The position numbers were made by a program, and so were the translations under genes. Below, one piece after another: positions 62,869-64,000 of a stretch of 64,000 nt of DNA. This DNA comes from Nitrosopumilus sp. (lineage in GTDB: Archaea; Thermoproteota; Nitrososphaeria; Nitrososphaerales; Nitrosopumilaceae). Position 1 is the first letter of the stretch; the number at the start of each line of letters is the position of its first letter. Location: assembly GCA_965207445.1 (NCBI GenBank), contig CBDBLX010000002.1, forward strand, positions 2,391,849 through 2,455,848, written 5' to 3'. Under the pieces are notes generated by a model. It searched no databases. It saw only the letters and a list, made by a program, of their open reading frames with translations, and was not told where the DNA came from.

Positions 62869-63998
62869 TGTTTTGTTATATCCTCCAAGGCGTCTAATAA
62901 TGCAACATTGTCTTTGTGTCTTTTGATAGCCACACGTATATGATTATTGTCATGTATGCCTCTAAAATCAGAACAATCTCGTACTAGAATACGGTATTTT
63001 TCTATTAGTTTTGCTTGCAGTGTTGAAGAGTCAATTTGTGTGCGCAATAAAATAAAGTTTGCATCTGTGTGATAATATTCTATACCATCAATATCTGCAA
63101 GTCTGTTTTGCATATATGTTGATTCTTTGTGTATGAATTGGCGCGTCTTTGCAAGTGTCTCTTTGGCATTTTGTAGCGCCATTGCACCTATAGTTGATGC
63201 AACATTATTTACACTCCACGGCACTTTGACTCTGTATAGTATATCTATAACGTCATCTGAAGCTATTGCATATCCTAGACGAATTCCTGCCAACCCAAAT
63301 GATTTTGTCATGGAGCGTACAACTATCAAATGTTCATATTTTGGAACAAATGATAAAACAGATGCAAGTGGATTAGAACATAGTTCAATAAAGCATTCGT
63401 CGACTATCACATGACACTTGCGTTTCTTTGGCTTGCTAGTTATGGTGGCAGCAGCATCAAGTATACTTTTCATATGCTTGCGTGGCAATAAACGTCCAGT
63501 AGGATTGTTTGGATTGCATACAAATATCATTCCAGTATAATTATCATTTTGAGTGGTAGTGATCTTTTTGATAAACTCATCGATATCAGATGCCATATCC
63601 ATACTCTCAAAGTGTATAATTCGTTTGTTGCCATGATGTAATCGAATAGCAGTCTCGTATTCTTGGAACGTAGGAGATGGGATCAATATTTGACCTTTTT
63701 GTGCAAATGCAAAAGATACATTATATATGATTTCAATTGCGCCATTTGCAGCAATAATATTTGATCGTTTCATATGAATATATTTTGATAATTCTGTGAT
63801 AAACTTACGTGATGCTGGATCTGGATATTCAGAAATATTATAATTTATGTTATCTTTTTTTAATGCTAAAGGGGCACGTAATGGAGTTGTGTTTGAGCTA
63901 AAATCTATCAAAAATTTATGATTATTTGGGTCAATTGCAAGTTTGCCGCCATGTTTTGCTGGCGTGTGTTGTGTAATGCGAGATGGTATTTGATTCAT
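62865..63998 (-). CDS. cobD: L-threonine-O-3-phosphate decarboxylase (PLP)
   Basis: HGG, DFSSN, YPDP, NPNNPTG, VDECF, RSMTKSFGLAGIRLG, VRDC. Confidence 0.9.
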   Translation of the reverse strand: MNQIPSRITQHTPAKHGGKLAIDPNNHKFLIDFSSNTTPLRAPLALKKDNINYNISEYPDPASRKFITELSKYIHMKRSNIIAANGAIEIIYNVSFAFAQKGQILIPSPTFQEYETAIRLHHGNKRIIHFESMDMASDIDEFIKKITTTQNDNYTGMIFVCNPNNPTGRLLPRKHMKSILDAAATITSKPKKRKCHVIVDECFIELCSNPLASVLSFVPKYEHLIVVRSMTKSFGLAGIRLGYAIASDDVIDILYRVKVPWSVNNVASTIGAMALQNAKETLAKTRQFIHKESTYMQNRLADIDGIEYYHTDANFILLRTQIDSSTLQAKLIEKYRILVRDCSDFRGIHDNNHIRVAIKRHKDNVALLDALEDITKQ

Positions 63999-64000
63999 GC

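Overview
Archaeal DNA, most likely from an ammonia-oxidising Nitrososphaerota (Thaumarchaeota, Nitrosopumilaceae-like). This is inferred from gene content: TFE, aTrm56, NAC, S19e/L44e/S27e, thermosome, GTP cyclohydrolase III and a short CbiP. About 1-15.8 kb is an accessory/defence island. It holds a type IIG-like adenine MTase coupled to a PLD-SNF2 helicase, a broken ParM-like actin gene cut by a mini IS66-like element, a PD-(D/E)XK protein with basic repeats, an apparently intact IS630 inserted in the last codons of a GC-rich secreted-protein gene, ISH3-like debris, 66-bp direct repeats, a convergent PIN/Panacea-like pair and an ADP-ribosylglycohydrolase. About 15.9-64 kb is AT-rich core genome (translation and RNA modification, riboflavin, sulfate assimilation, thiolase, cobalamin, tRNA-Gly). 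Most notable: (i) a non-autonomous IS630 derivative at 54.3-55.0 kb whose interior is a ~400-bp copy of the adjacent host DNA (Pack-element-like capture); (ii) a wHTH-ATP-cone-class III RNR-like protein lacking catalytic motifs; (iii) many perfect tandem-repeat expansions, including histone-H1-like tails on two Zn-finger proteins; (iv) K-turn sRNA candidates; (v) an amidohydrolase inside the riboflavin operon; (vi) a probable CTG start codon. All calls come from reading motifs by eye; no database searches were run.
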